A stretch of DNA of 64,000 nucleotides, taken from positions 280,550,001-280,614,000 of the forward strand of contig NC_091282.1 of the NCBI RefSeq assembly GCF_032444005.1, written 5' to 3'. Each line of letters begins with the position of its first letter. The stretch's first letter is position 1. This document shows positions 9,560-22,006 of this stretch, piece after piece. The DNA comes from Ranitomeya imitator. Taxonomy: Eukaryota. The notes under the pieces are model-generated. The model saw nothing but the letters and a program-made list of their open reading frames with translations. It ran no database searches and had not been told where the DNA came from. A program made the translations under genes and the position numbers.

Positions 9560-11378
9560 TTTTTTTAAATATTTTTTAAAACACTTTTTTTTTACTTTTT
9601 GCATACTTCAATAGTCTCCATGGGAGACTTGTTCGATCGGCCCTACTACATGCAGGCGATGATCAGATCACCTGTATGTAGCAGAATTGCTATGAGCGCC
9701 GACCATAACGGCCATCACAAAAAAAGGACTGATTTACAATTAATTATTTCTCTCTCCTCTTGATATGATTTAGCATACCAGAGGAGAGAGAAATGGGTCC
9801 TCTGAGCCCCCGAGTACCTCTGCTATCTCCAGGCCCTCCTGCTCCATCCCCCAGCCCTCTGCTTCATCTTTCTGGAAGAAAATGGTGGGCGCATGTGCCG
9901 TGCACCCGCTGAGATCTGTCTGTTACCTGGCAACAATAGGAAATTTTTCATATTGGTTCGTTTTTGATCACTGTGATAGACCCTATCACAGTGATCAAAA
10001 AAAAAAAAGTAAATCAAATCCCCCCTTTGTCACCCCCTTATTTTGATAAAAATTAAAAAATATTTTTATTTTTCCCATTCTTTGCGGTCAGGGTTATGGT
10101 TGTGCTAGGATTGGAGATAGAATTGTTTTTTTTTTCAAAAATAAAAAAAATATGGCTAGTTTTGATCGCAAGTGCTCTTCACTCAAGTTTGCATCGGGTG
10201 CTCGTGTATGCACAGTGTATCGCAGATCCCGGCATGTTATCAAATTCTGTGTCATACCTGTGGGTTCAAAATGCTCACTATACCCCTGTATAAAATCCTT
10301 GAGTGCTGTGGTTTCCGAAATGGTCTCATTTGTGGGGGGATTTCCACTGTTTACGGACATCAGGGGGTCTCCAATTACGACATGGTGCCCGCCATAGATT
10401 CCAGCCAATTTTGCGTTTAAAAAGTCAAATGGTGCTCCTTCGCTTCTGAGTCCTGCCGTGTGCCCAAGCAGTGGATTTGCCAAACATATGGGTATCTGCA
10501 TACTGAAGAGAAATTTCGCAACAAATGTTGTGGTTTATTTTCTCCTGATACCCTTGTGAAAATAGAAAAGTTTGGGTCTAAAGAAAATTTTTTGTGAAAA
10601 AAAATTGAAATGTTATTTTTTTTCTTTCTACAATGGCTTCAGTTCTCGTGAAGCACCAGAAGGGTTGATAAACTTGAATGTGGTTTTGAGCACCTTGAGA
10701 GGGGTGCAGTTTTTAGAATGGTGTCACTTTGGATATTTTCTGTCATACAGACTCCTCAAAGTGAATTCCAATATGAAGTGGTACCTAAAAAAAAAAAAAA
10801 AAAAAAAAAAGTTTTGTAAATTTTGTTGAAAAATGAGAAATCTCTGGTCAACTTGTAACTTTTCTAATGTCCTAACAAAATTTTTTTTTCCAAAATTGTG
10901 CTGATGTAATGTAGACATGTGGTAAATGTTATTTATGAGCTATTTTGAGTGACACATCGCTCTGATTTAAGGGCACAAAAATTAAAAGTTGAAAATTGCA
11001 GAATTTCCAAATTTTTTTGCCAAATTTCCATTTTTTTTTTCAGAAATAAATAAAGCGCAAATCATATCAGAGAAATTGTACCACTATCATGAAGTACGAT
11101 ATGTCACAAAAAATCAGTCTCAGAATCAGTGGGATCTGTTAAAGCGTTCCAGAGTTATTACCACATAAAGTGACAGTGGTCAGAATTGTAAAAATTGGCC
11201 TGGGTCATTAAGGTCAAAATGGCTCATTATAGACATATTTCTTAACTATTTTGTGTGGTATGACGATTTGTTATAATGGCATAAAAATTGGAATTTGCAG
11301 ATTTTCCTACATTTTCACCAAATTTCCATAATTTTATAAATAGACTCAAATTTTTATACCCAAGTTTACCAACATGAT

Positions 11379-11538
11379 AATAATAAATTTATTTACATCG
11401 CGCAAACATATTCCGCAGCGCTTTACAAATTATAGAGGGGACTTGTACAGACAATAGACATTACAGCATAACAGAAATCACAGTTCAAAATAGATACCAG
11501 TAGGAGTGAGGGCCCTGCTCGCAAGCTACAAACTATAG
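11379..11538 (-). mobile_element. L2 LINE 3'-end fragment
   Basis: Near-identical (reverse complement) to 54850-55018. 7-bp TSD ACATGAT at 11372-11378 and 11539-11545. Confidence 0.9.
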
Positions 11539-11909
11539 ACATGATGTACAATGTGTCACAAAACAATCTCTGAATCCCTCTGAAATGTAGAAGCATTCCA
11601 GAGGTATTACCACATAGAGTGTCACATCTCTGATTTAAAAAAAAAAAAAAATCAGGTCTGTTCCAGGACCGTGGAAATGGGCTTCGGCAGGAACAGGTTC
11701 AGCTATGTTTTTGTGGTTCAGGAGTGTAATCCAAGTAAAACATATGTGGCTGCAATCATGCAGCCGGGATCTGATCCATGCTGCCTATGCTTTGGGCAAC
11801 ATAAATCGAGTGACCGGTTCCCTTACACTATTCACACTGTTTAGTGACAGTCATGCTCCTGCATTACTAAAATGTATAAAGTTAAAATATATATTTTTTT
11901 CCTCCACAG

Positions 11910-12076
11910 AACCCAGATTTGTCTCTGTTTGGTCTTCTTGAGTTGGAAAACAAGATGACCCGTTATGAAGCTCAGGTGCTTGCTAAACGGAGAGTAACAC
12001 GGAAACTGATTCAGGAGCTATACAGTAATCCTGAACCTCCTCCTCGACCAAAACGGGAAAAAATTAAACCCAGCAG
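11910..12076 (+). CDS. EP400: EP400 coding exon (NPDLSLFGLLELENKMTRYEAQ...KIKPSR)
   Basis: ttttcctccacag acceptor and AG|GTATTT donor. Resembles EP400 segment LIGLENKITRHEAELL...KLKASR. Confidence 0.9.
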
Positions 12077-12172
12077 GTATTTGATTTTTTTTGCAAATTA
12101 TTGTAACTTTTAAAAATTTCCCTACATGGTTTTGCTTGTGTAAGAACTCAACTTTTCACCACTATGTTGTAG

Positions 12173-12339
12173 GTTATTCGAGACAGTGTTTTATGGTCAA
12201 AAACCAGAAGGGCGAATTGTTGCTTTTCCGAGTGCACCAGCAACCCGTGTAGTGACTACAACTACATCCAATGCCAACCAGCATGGACAGGTCAGAAGGT
12301 CTCCAGTTACCACACCTGCCATTCTTCAGGGGACTAAAG
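12173..12339 (+). CDS. EP400: EP400 coding exon (LFETVFYGQKPEGRIVAFPS...)
   Basis: EP400 YGQKPEGR.VAFPS signature; phase 2 to 1; G|GTAAG donor. Confidence 0.93.
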
Positions 12340-12637
12340 GTAAGCCTTCATTTACACCAGTGCCCAAATTTGAAAATTAATAGCTTATATTGGAACAAAA
12401 CTAGATTTGGATAATTTATGCTGTTATTGCTCCAAAAGTGTGATAAATAAGAACCTCTGACAGCATTTTGGTGAGTGGTTCTTTGTGTTGATCTGCTAAA
12501 TGGATGATATCACATTAAACTATACACCACCCCTTCCTCTATCATCATGGTCAGCAGTGCACAGGTTCTCTGTATAATATGCTAATTAAATAACAGGCCT
12601 CATGACATTTTTACTAGCCAAAAGGGGTAACTTCATT

Positions 12638-12758
12638 TTTAAGAGTCTTCATAGGTTGTGAATCCTTCACATAAGCCTCTTTAAAGCATTTATAGCCACT
12701 AAAAAAGTTACCGCGTCTCTTTTCTGATGGGTGGTTACTATTGCGAGCTGAAACATTA
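12638..12758 (+). ncRNA. Candidate H/ACA-like intronic RNA (weak)
   Basis: Manual fold gives two hairpins, ANANNA (AAAGCA 12683-12688) between them, and ACA at 12753-12755 plus 3 nt. No family assignment. Confidence 0.25.
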
Positions 12759-13339
12759 CAGCTCATTTGTTTGCCTAGTTTTTTGCAGTGTATATATTGT
12801 AGCTTGTATAACCTCTGACAAAAAAAATCAGTAGAACCCAAGAAGAATCTTTTTGTCGGCGTCTACGTCTACTGCTGTAACTATCATGTTGCATGATTTC
12901 AGTACTGCTGAGGTAGGTCAGGCCAGTGCCAGTGATAACATTTATTGTCTTCTCACCATCTTGTTGAAGATACTCTCCTGTGTTTTGGAGGATTGCCAAA
13001 TTGCATTGCTAAACCTGTTTTTTTATTTTTTTTGCTAGATTAGATACCTACATACTTCTAATCTATTGATATTGCTTCTGCACCCTCTTCATGAATTTTC
13101 CCTTGACCTTCCAGTGTTTAACAGGGCAGTATTGCTATGACTATACTACATGTAATTGTCATAATGTTTCAGTAGGAGTAAGAAATTACATTTGAGCAGT
13201 TTGCTAACCTTTCCTTTCTGTTAGTGGGATGTATGTGAGAAATGTGGAATATTCAAGTTTCTTGAATTTCTTTAACTAAACTTTTTTGTTCACTTTTCAT
13301 ATTTAGAAGACTCTTAAATTGCCTGCAAAAGGATGGAAG

Positions 13340-13664
13340 CCTTGGTCCTGAGACTCACTGATCATGCAGTAGACACCCAGAGAAGTGCTCAGCAGACAGG
13401 AGCACACCGCTCCTGTCTTGAGTGCTCTCACAGATCACAGTACAAATTCAATAGAAATCTTAGGCTAGAAAACAAATGCTCTCTACTGAATCCTTCTGCA
13501 CCAAAAAATGACCCCCTCAGGCCGTCCCGTAGCACGAGAATCTCATTAACTGAAAACTGCAAATACAGATTAAACAATAACCACAAGACAGATTTAATCA
13601 ACCAACGTATAATTTTAATCAGTGTAACAGCGCCAACCTGACAATGTCTGGTGACAGGTTCACT
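13340..13664. mobile_element. Partial Kolobok/T2-type MITE
   Basis: Ends GTGACAGGTTCACT|TTAA; other terminus not found. Confidence 0.5.
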
Positions 13665-13760
13665 TTAAATTCTATGCATATTTGAGTGGTCTTTTGAACG
13701 GTCAATTGGGGTCTCAACTCTTGCATCCCTGTTTATCTTCAGAACAATATGGGGCCTAAA

Positions 13761-15527
13761 AAATGAAGATTTTGGGTACCTACCTTAAAATCTTTCTCAG
13801 AGCCTTCATTGGGGGATACAGGAAACCATGGGTGTATGCTGCTGCCACTAGGAAGTTGGCACTATGCAAAAAAAGTTAGCTCCTCCCCAGCAGTATATAC
13901 CCACCAACTCTCAGGAAGCTAATCAGCTAGTGAGAAAACAGTAGGAGAAGCATCAGGGGTACAATTATCATAACATAACCACAATGAACAATAAACAAGG
14001 GTGGGTGCTGTACCCCCAATGAAGGCTCTGAGAGAGAGATTTTACGGTAGGTACCCAAAATCTTCATTTCTCTATCACTTCATTGGGGGACACAGGAAAT
14101 GATGGGCCTTCCAAAAGCATTCACAAGGGTGGGTAAAGGTAGTACCATCAAATCAGAGCTCGGATCATTGCTGCTTGCAGGATCTTTCTACTTAGATTCG
14201 TGTAAGACTCTGCAGTGCTTACATGTGAACCTTGTAGAACTTGGCAAAGGTATAAGAGGAAGACCATAGAGCAGTCTAACAAATCTACGAGGCCAACGCA
14301 TGGTGGTGCATAACAGAGGAGGCCCCACACTGAGAAAGTGGAGTGCGTGGTGACCTTAAATGGATGCGTTCTGTCCATTAGTCAAAAGGCTTCAGAATGG
14401 CAGATCGAACCCAGCAGGCTTCGATAGACTTGGCAACAGCCAAGACCCTTACGAGTACATTCTGGGATTAAGAACACTGAATTTGCACATCTGATGGGTG
14501 CTGTCCTGGGAAGGTAGATACGGAGGACTATACCAGGTCCAGTTTAAAGACCACTCTTGATGAAAGGGGACAAAAAGGAAGAAAAAAAGTATCCCCATTT
14601 GGGTGAAATGCAAGCAACCACCTTAACGAGACTGGATGGTATCGGACGTTAATACTACCTTTTCCTGGTGACACCCTAGATAAGGGGGAACGACCAGAGA
14701 TCTGTGAGTTTGGAAACTCATCTGGTAGACAAGTGGCAACCAGGAAGGCACACTTCCACGAAAGGAGTGAAAGATTTCTCATAGAGGTTTCAATGTTGAT
14801 CCTTGAAGAACATCAGGCACTAAATTAAGATCCCAAAGTGTGACTGGAAACTGGCAGGGGGGGGGGGGGACAGAGTGCCCAAATCCCTGCAGAAAAAGAG
14901 ATGGAAAAAGCAGACACCTGCCTCTTGAGAAAACTAAAGGACATGCCAGATTTCAGGCCCATATGTAGGAAGGATAAAATGGAAAAAAGATGAGACTCTT
15001 GGTGAGGTCCGATTGGTTACACACCTGTGGAAAAAGACTTTCCACTAACGGTACGAAATGCGAGAAAGGGAAGACTTCATAGCTCTGAACGTGGTCTGGA
15101 TAATCTGATTGGAGAAAACGTCTGATTTCAGAAACACGATCTTAGTCATGCCATTAAATAGAGCGACTGAGCATTCTGGTAGGACAGAGAACCCTGCGAG
15201 AGAAGATCTGGAAAATCCTGGAGTTTCTACTGAGTGCCCCTGAGGAAGTTGATTCCATCCTCGTACCCTTCTGGGGAGATGAAAATGATGGGGACTCCCT
15301 CGGTCGTGATCCTCTTGACCACACTAGAGATCAGTGGCAAGGGAGGGAACAGGTACGGGAGGGAGCACTGATGAGGCCAAGGAATTACCAAAGCTACAGA
15401 TTGCTAGCATGATGTGATCTGCAGAACACATGAAGAATCTTGTGACTGTCAGGTTGACATTGGGAATCCCTCAAAGGAGCCACATGTCGTGGGAGATTGG
15501 TTCAGGAACCACTCCCCGGCGGTGGGC
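13761..15527 (-). mobile_element. Degenerate DIRS element (right LTR, ICR, YR/RT relics)
   Basis: 13761-13920 is the reverse complement of a DIRS right LTR like 6470-6626. ICR about 13997-14110. Minus-strand YR relics (LSRKILQAA, KCAFLVA). Confidence 0.8.
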
Positions 15528-15922
15528 CCTCTTAGCTGAGAAAATCGATGGCCCAGATCTCCACTCTTGTGATGTGCAGTGCTGAAATCAGAACCGAATC
15601 TGCGATACTTCTGACAATACTGTTTGGCTTCAGGTTCTTCCTTTTAACCCCTTTCTGCCATCGGACGGAATAGTACGCCCGATGGTAGAACTCGTGCTTT
15701 GATGCGGGCTCCGGCGGTGAGCCCGCATCAAAGCCGGGACATGTCAGCTGTTTTGTACAGCTGACATGTGCCCACAATAGCACATAGTTAAATGCCGCTG
15801 TCAAACACGGATGGCAGCATTTAAAGAGCGCTTCCGGACAAAAATGCACGCATCGGTGACCCCTGTCACGTGATCGGGGGTCATCGGTGTGTTGGCATAA
15901 CAACGAGAGGTCTCCTGAAGAC

Positions 15923-16211
15923 TAGTAATGAGCGAGTATACTCGTTGCTCGGGTTTTCCCGATCACGCTCGGGTGATCTCCAAGTAGTGCTCAGAGATTT
16001 AGTTTTCGTCGCCTCAGCTGCAAGATTTACGACTGCTGGACAGCCTGAATACATGTGGGAATTCCCTAACAAACTGGCATTCCCTCACATGTATTCAGCA
16101 AATCTAGCATCCGTAAATCATGCAGCTGCGACAATGAAAACTAAATCTCCGAGCACTAACAAATACTCGGAGACCACCCGATAGTGCTCGGGGAAATCCC
16201 GCTCATCAGTA
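15923..16211. mobile_element. hAT MITE
   Basis: TIR TAGTAATGAGCG...CGCTCATCAGTA; perfect 8-bp TSD CTGAAGAC. Confidence 0.9.
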
Positions 16212-17419
16212 CTGAAGACTTCTATGGTTGTTGATGCCAGATTGCAGTGAGCACCACCCTGTGGTCGGCACTCATAGCAATGCTGTAATTCTACTGCATC
16301 TACTAGGATCTGAGCATCGCTCCTATGTAGCAGAGCCGATCAGGCTATGCAAGCTTCTAGCCTCCCATGGAGGCTATTGAAGCATGGTAACAGTAAAAAA
16401 AAAATAATAATAAAAAAAAATTAAATCTGAAAAAAAAAAAAAAAGAAAAATCAACTCCCTTCACCCCCCTTCGCCCCATTCAAAATAAAACAATTAAAAA
16501 ACCAAACCTACACATATTTGGTATCCTCGTGTTCAGAATCGCCCGATCTATGAATAAAAAAAAAAAATTAACCTGATCACTAAACGGCGTAGCGAGAAAA
16601 AATTCCAAACGCCAGAATTAAGGTTTTTTTTTTTTATCGCTGCGCTATTGCATTAAAATGCAATAGTGAGCTATCAAACGAAAATATCTGCACCAATGGT
16701 GTCATTAAAAATGTCCGCTCGGCGTGCAAAAAATAAGCCCTCACCCGACCCGAGATCCCGAAAAATGGAGACTCCACGGGTCTCGGAAAATTGCTCAATT
16801 TTTTTTATTTTTTTTTAACCCCTTTACCCCCAAGGGTGGTTTGCACGTTAATGACCAGGCCAATTTTTACAATTCTGACCACTGTCCCTTTATGAGGTTA
16901 TAACTCCGAAACGCTTCAACGGATCCTGGTGATTCTGACATTGTTTTCTCGTGACATATTGTACTTCATGATAGTGGTAAAATTTCTTTGATAGTACCTG
17001 CGTTTATTTGTGAAAAAAACGGAAATTTGGCGAAAATTTTGAAAATTTCGCAATTTTCAAACTTTGAATTTTTATGCAATTAAATCACAGAGATATGTCA
17101 CACAAAATACTTAATAAGTAACATTTCCCACATGTCTCCTTTACATCAGCATAATTTTGGAACCAATTTTTTTTTTTGTTAGGGAGTTATAAGGGTTAAA
17201 AGTTGACCAGCAATTTCTCATTTTTACAACACCATTTTTTTTTAGGGACCACGTCTCATTTGAAGTCATTTTGAGGGGTCTATATGATAGAAAATGCCCA
17301 AGTGTGACACCATTCTAAAAACTGCACCCCTCAAGGTGCTCAAAACCACATTCAAGAAGTTTATTAACCCTTCAGGTGTTTAATAGGAATTTTTGGAATG
17401 TTTAAATAAAAATGAACAT

Positions 17420-18860
17420 TTAACTTTTTTACACAAAAAATTTACTTCAGCTCCAATTTGTTTTATTTTACCAAGGGTAACAGGAGAAATTGGACCCAAA
17501 AAGTTGTTGTCCAATTTGTCCTGAGTACGCTGATACCCCATATGTGGCAGTAAACCACTGTTTGGGCGCATGGGAGAGCTCGGAAGGGAAGGAGCGCTAT
17601 TTGACTTTTCAATGCAAAATTGACAGGAATTGAGATGGGACGCCATGTTGCGTTTGGAGAGCCACTGATGTGCCTAAACATTGAAACCCCCCACAAGTGA
17701 CACCATTTTGGAAAGTAGACCCCCTAAGGAACTTATCTGGATGTGTGGTGAGCACTTTGACCCACCAAGGGCTTCACAGAAGTTTATAATGCAGAGCCAT
17801 AAAAATAAAACAAAATTTTTTTCCCACAAAAATTATTTTTTAGCCCCCAGTTTTGTATTTTCCCTAGGGTAACAGGAGAAATTGGACCCCAAAAGTTGTT
17901 GTCCAATTTGTCCTGAGTACGCTGATACCCCATATGTGGGGGGGAACCACCGTTTGGGCGCATGGGAGGGTTCGGAAGGGAAGGAGCGCCATTTGGAATG
18001 CAGACTTAGATGGAATGGTCTGCAGGCGTCACATTGCGTTTGCAGAGCCCCTAATGTACCTAAACAGTAGAAACCCCCCACAAGTGACACCATTTTGGAA
18101 AGTAGACCCCCTAAGGAACTCATCTTGATGTGTTGTGAGAGCTTTGAACCCCCAAGTATTTCACTACAGTTTATAACGCAGAGCCATGCAAATAAAAAAT
18201 ATTTTTTTTTCCACAAAAATTATATTTTAGCCCCCAGTTTTGTATTTTTCCAAGGTTAGCAGGAGAAATTGGACCCTAAATGTTGTTGTCCAATTTGTCC
18301 TGAGTACGCTGATACCCGATATGTGGGGGGGAACCACCGTTTGGGCGCATGGGAGGGCTCGGAAGGGAAGGAGCATCATTTGGAATGCAGACTTAGATGG
18401 ATTGGTCTGCAGGCGTCACATTGCGTTTGCAGAGCCCCTAATGTACCTAAACAGTAGAATCCCCCCACAAGTGACCCCATATTGGAAACTAGACCCCTCA
18501 ATGAACTTATCTAGATGTGTTGTGAGAACTTTGAACCCCCAAGTGTTTCACTACAGTTTATAACGCAGAGCCGTGAAAATAAAAAATCTTTTTGTTTTCC
18601 CACAAAAATTATTTTTTAGCCCCCAGTTTTGTATTTTCCCAAGGGTAACAGGAGAAATTGGTCCACAAAAGTTGTTGTCCAATTTGTCCTGAGTACGCTG
18701 ATACCCCATATGTTGGGGTAAACCCCTGTTTGGGCACACAGGAGAGCTCGGAAGGGAAGGAGCACTGTTTTACTTTTTCAACGCAGAATTGGCTGGAATT
18801 GAGATCGGACGCCATGTCGTGTTTGGAGAGCCCCTGATGTGCCGAAACAGTGGAAACCCC
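17420..18860. repeat. ~390-bp tandem repeat (about 4 units) inside family B
   Basis: GGAGAAATTGG recurs at about 17484, 17875, 18264, 18652. Confidence 0.9.
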
Positions 18861-18869
18861 CCAATTATA

Positions 18870-19026
18870 ACTGAAACCCTAATCTAAACACACCCCTAAC
18901 CCTAATTCCAACGGTAACCCTAACCACACCTCTAACCCTGACACACCACTAACCCTAATCCCAACCCTATTCCCAACTGTAAATGTAATCTAAACCCTAA
19001 CCCTAACTTTAGCCCCAACCCTAACT
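18870..19026. repeat. Degenerate telomere-like (CCCTAA)n tract
   Basis: CCCTAACCCTAATT, ACCCTAACC etc., running into the gap. Confidence 0.8.
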
Positions 19027-19232
19027 NNNNNNNNNNNNNNNNNNNNNNNNNNNNNNNNNNNNNNNNNNNNNNNNNNNNNNNNNNNNNNNNNNNNNNNNNN
19101 NNNNNNNNNNNNNNNNNNNNNNNNNNNNNNNNNNNNNNNNNNNNNNNNNNNNNNNNNNNNNNNNNNNNNNNNNNNNNNNNNNNNNNNNNNNNNNNNNNNN
19201 NNNNNNNNNNNNNNNNNNNNNNNNNNNNNNNN
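19027..19232. other. Assembly gap (206 N)
   Basis: Run of N. Confidence 1.
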
Positions 19233-20779
19233 AAATAAATACATTTTTTTTTATTTTTCCCTAACTAAGGGGGTGATGAAGGGGGGTTTGATTTACTTTT
19301 ATAGCGGGTTTTTAGCGGATTTTTATGATTGGCAGCCGTCACACACTGAAAGACCCTTTTTATTGCAAAAAATATTTTTTGCAATACCACATTTTGAGAG
19401 CTATAATTTTTCCATATTTTTGTCCACAGAGTCATGTGAGGTCTTGTTTTTTGCGGGACGAGTTGACGTTTTTATTGAAAACATTTTTGGGCACGTGACA
19501 TTTTTTTTTATCGCTTTTTATTCCGATTTTTGTGAGGAAGAATGACCAAAAGCCAGCTATTCATGAATTTCTATTGGGGGAGGCGTTTATACCGTTCCGC
19601 GTTTGGTAAAATTGATAAATCAGTTTTATTCTTCGGGTCAGTACGATTACAGCGATACCTCATTTATATCATTTTTTTATGGTTTGGTGCTTTTATACGA
19701 TAAAAACTATTTTACAGAAAAAATAATTATTTTTGCATCGCTTTATTCTCAGGACTATAACTTTTTTATTTTTTTGCTGATGATGCTGTATGGCGGCTCT
19801 TTTTTTGCGGGACAATATGACGCTTTCAGCGGTACCATGGTTATTTATATCTGTCCTTTTGATCGCGTGTTATTCCACTTTTTGTTCGGCGGTATGATAA
19901 TAAAGCGTTGTTTTTTGCCTCGTTTTTTTTTTTTTTTTTCTTACGGTGTTTACTGAAGGGGTTAACTAGTGGGACAGTTTTATAGGTCGGGTCGTTACGG
20001 ACGCGGCGATACTAAATATGTGTACTTTTATTGGTTTTTTTTTTTTATTTAGATGAAGAAATGTATTTATGGGAATAATATATATTTTTTTTTTTTCATT
20101 ATTTTGGAATATTTTTTTTATTTTTTTTACACATTTGGAAATTTTTTTTTTAACTTTTTTACTTTGTCCCAGGGGGGGACATCACAGATCAGTGATCTGA
20201 CAGTTTGCACAGCACTCTGTCAGATCACTGATCTGACATGCAGCGCTGCAGCCTTCACAGTGCCTGCTCTAAGCAGGCTCTGTGAAGCCACCTCCCTCCC
20301 TGCAGGACCCGGATCCGCGGCCATCTTGGATCCGGGGCTCGAGCAGGGAGGGAGGTGAGGAGACCCTCGCAGCAACGCGATCACATCGCGTTGCTGCGGG
20401 GGGCTCAGGGAAGCCCGCAGGGAGCCCCCTCCCTGCGCGGTGCTTCCCTGCACCGCCGGCACATCGCGATCATCTTTGATCGCGGTGTGCCAGGGGTTAA
20501 TGTGCCGGGGGCGGTCCGTGACCGCTCCTGGCACATAGTGCCGGATGTCAGCTGCGATAAGCAGCTGACACCCGGCCGCGATCGGCGGCGCTCCCCCCGT
20601 GAGCGCTGCCGATCGCTATGACGTACTATCCCGTCCAGGGTCAGATAAGCCCAGGGCACCTCGACGGGATAGTACGTCTAAGGTCACAGAGGGGTTAAGC
20701 AAAGTTTGGAATTTTTTTTCAGACAAAGAACTGAGATAAGGAGATCTCGCTAGACCCCTTGGACTGTGCAGCGATCAGC

Positions 20780-21578
20780 CATAGGGATCATTGTAAAAGT
20801 AGGACCTGACTCACTGGATAGTGGACAGAGCATTAGAAACGCTGCTGCTATTAGTCATGTTGGGTCTAACGACTGGATAGTGGGTAGTGCGGCTGAACCG
20901 CATTGTGGATAGCAATGTGGTTCACTGTAGATGGATCTCCTGACTTGTTGGATAATTCTTGGTAAATCGTATTAAGCTTATGGAGGACAAGGCCTTTGGG
21001 TCGGAACCGTAATCAAGTTTGGGTTACGTGGTAGATAGTGATCTGACTCTCTGGATAGCAGGTAGAGCATTTGGACTACTGCTGCAAGCGGTCATATGAC
21101 AGATGGTTAAATATTTCTCTCCTGAGATTTGAACTCATGATCTCATAGTCACCAGATAGGCGCTTTAACCCACAAAGTCACAGGAACATGACTTGTGACT
21201 GATACTTACATTTGCTGTTGCGATCGGCCATGTGGTAGATGGTGCATCCAACTCACTGGATAGTAGGCAGGAAACTTGGATCAATGCTGCAAACGACCAT
21301 GAGGAACGTGACAGGTGGTGCATCTGAGTCACTGGTTGGTGGGCAGGAAACGTGGACCACTACTGTCATTGACTGAGATACATGGTAAATGGTATGTCTG
21401 ACTCACTGGATTGTGGGCATGAGATATGGACCACTGCTACAATAGACCATGGGGTTCGTGGTAGATGGTGCATCGGACTCACTGAATGGTGGCCATAACA
21501 CTGGTATGGCTGCTGCAATCAACCAGAAGGTACATGGTAAATGGTGCATCTGATACACTAGATAGTGGTCAGAAAATG
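20780..21578. repeat. Degenerate ~76-bp tandem repeat
   Basis: GACTCACTGGA-like motif recurs at about 21250, 21326, 21400, 21476. Confidence 0.8.
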
Positions 21579-21762
21579 TGAGCGAAAAAAGCCAGCTCAC
21601 CGTTTCCAAAGGAGCACGGAACTTGATCCTGGCGAGACGTGTGGCAATAGAAAAAAATGATGTTCCAGCTCCAACTTGATAAAATGAAAAAACTTTAATG
21701 AAAAACATTAAAATCAAATTGCACAAATGTTCCTTGAGACAACACCATAACCCAAGTGAGTG

Positions 21763-21804
21763 AAGCAACGCGTTTCGACCGTGCTGCGGTCTTTGTCAAA
21801 GCTC
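21763..21804 (-). ncRNA. Minimal hammerhead-ribozyme-like motif in the PLE terminal repeat (variant core)
   Basis: Minus strand reads GAGC-T-TTGACAA-A-GACCG-CAGCA-CGGTC-GAAA-CGCG-TT-GCTT. Confidence 0.65.
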
Positions 21805-22006
21805 AACTACCTCAGACCCAATTGAAATAAAAAGGATCTCCCTGCCAATCAGGCAGCCAGAAGCTGGTCACGTGATTGAAGGTCCTATTGCACAGAAACA
21901 CAATTAATACAATAAATAGGTGCAATCCTAAATGCAAAAAACACATACCAGAATAAATATAAGCAAAATGAATACATAAAAAAAATACATTTAAGTCATA
22001 TTTTGC

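Larger units (their letters stand above)
7465..11378. mobile_element. Non-autonomous piggyBac-like element, family A (degenerate)
   Basis: Similar to 44537-44610/61981-63050 and 15648-16814 (e.g. CCAGAGCCATA...TTAA.ATGGCCATGTGAGGGC). No transposase ORF seen. Boundaries approximate. Confidence 0.6.
16819..20694. mobile_element. Non-autonomous piggyBac-like element, family B
   Basis: TTAA TSD, CCCCT...AGGGG termini, internal ~390-bp tandem units and telomere-like tract. Same family as 44615-61976 (opposite orientation). Confidence 0.85.
15648..20720. mobile_element. piggyBac-like family A element hosting an hAT MITE and a family B element
   Basis: Starts TTAA|CCCCTTTCTGCC. Sequence continues across the TTAA duplication at 16815-16818/20695-20698. 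Confidence 0.65.

Noticed and set aside
13290-13330. Strong acceptor ttttcatatttag at about 13306
   Set aside because: Followed by an immediate stop (GAA GAC TCT TAA) and MITE sequence; no matching donor found.
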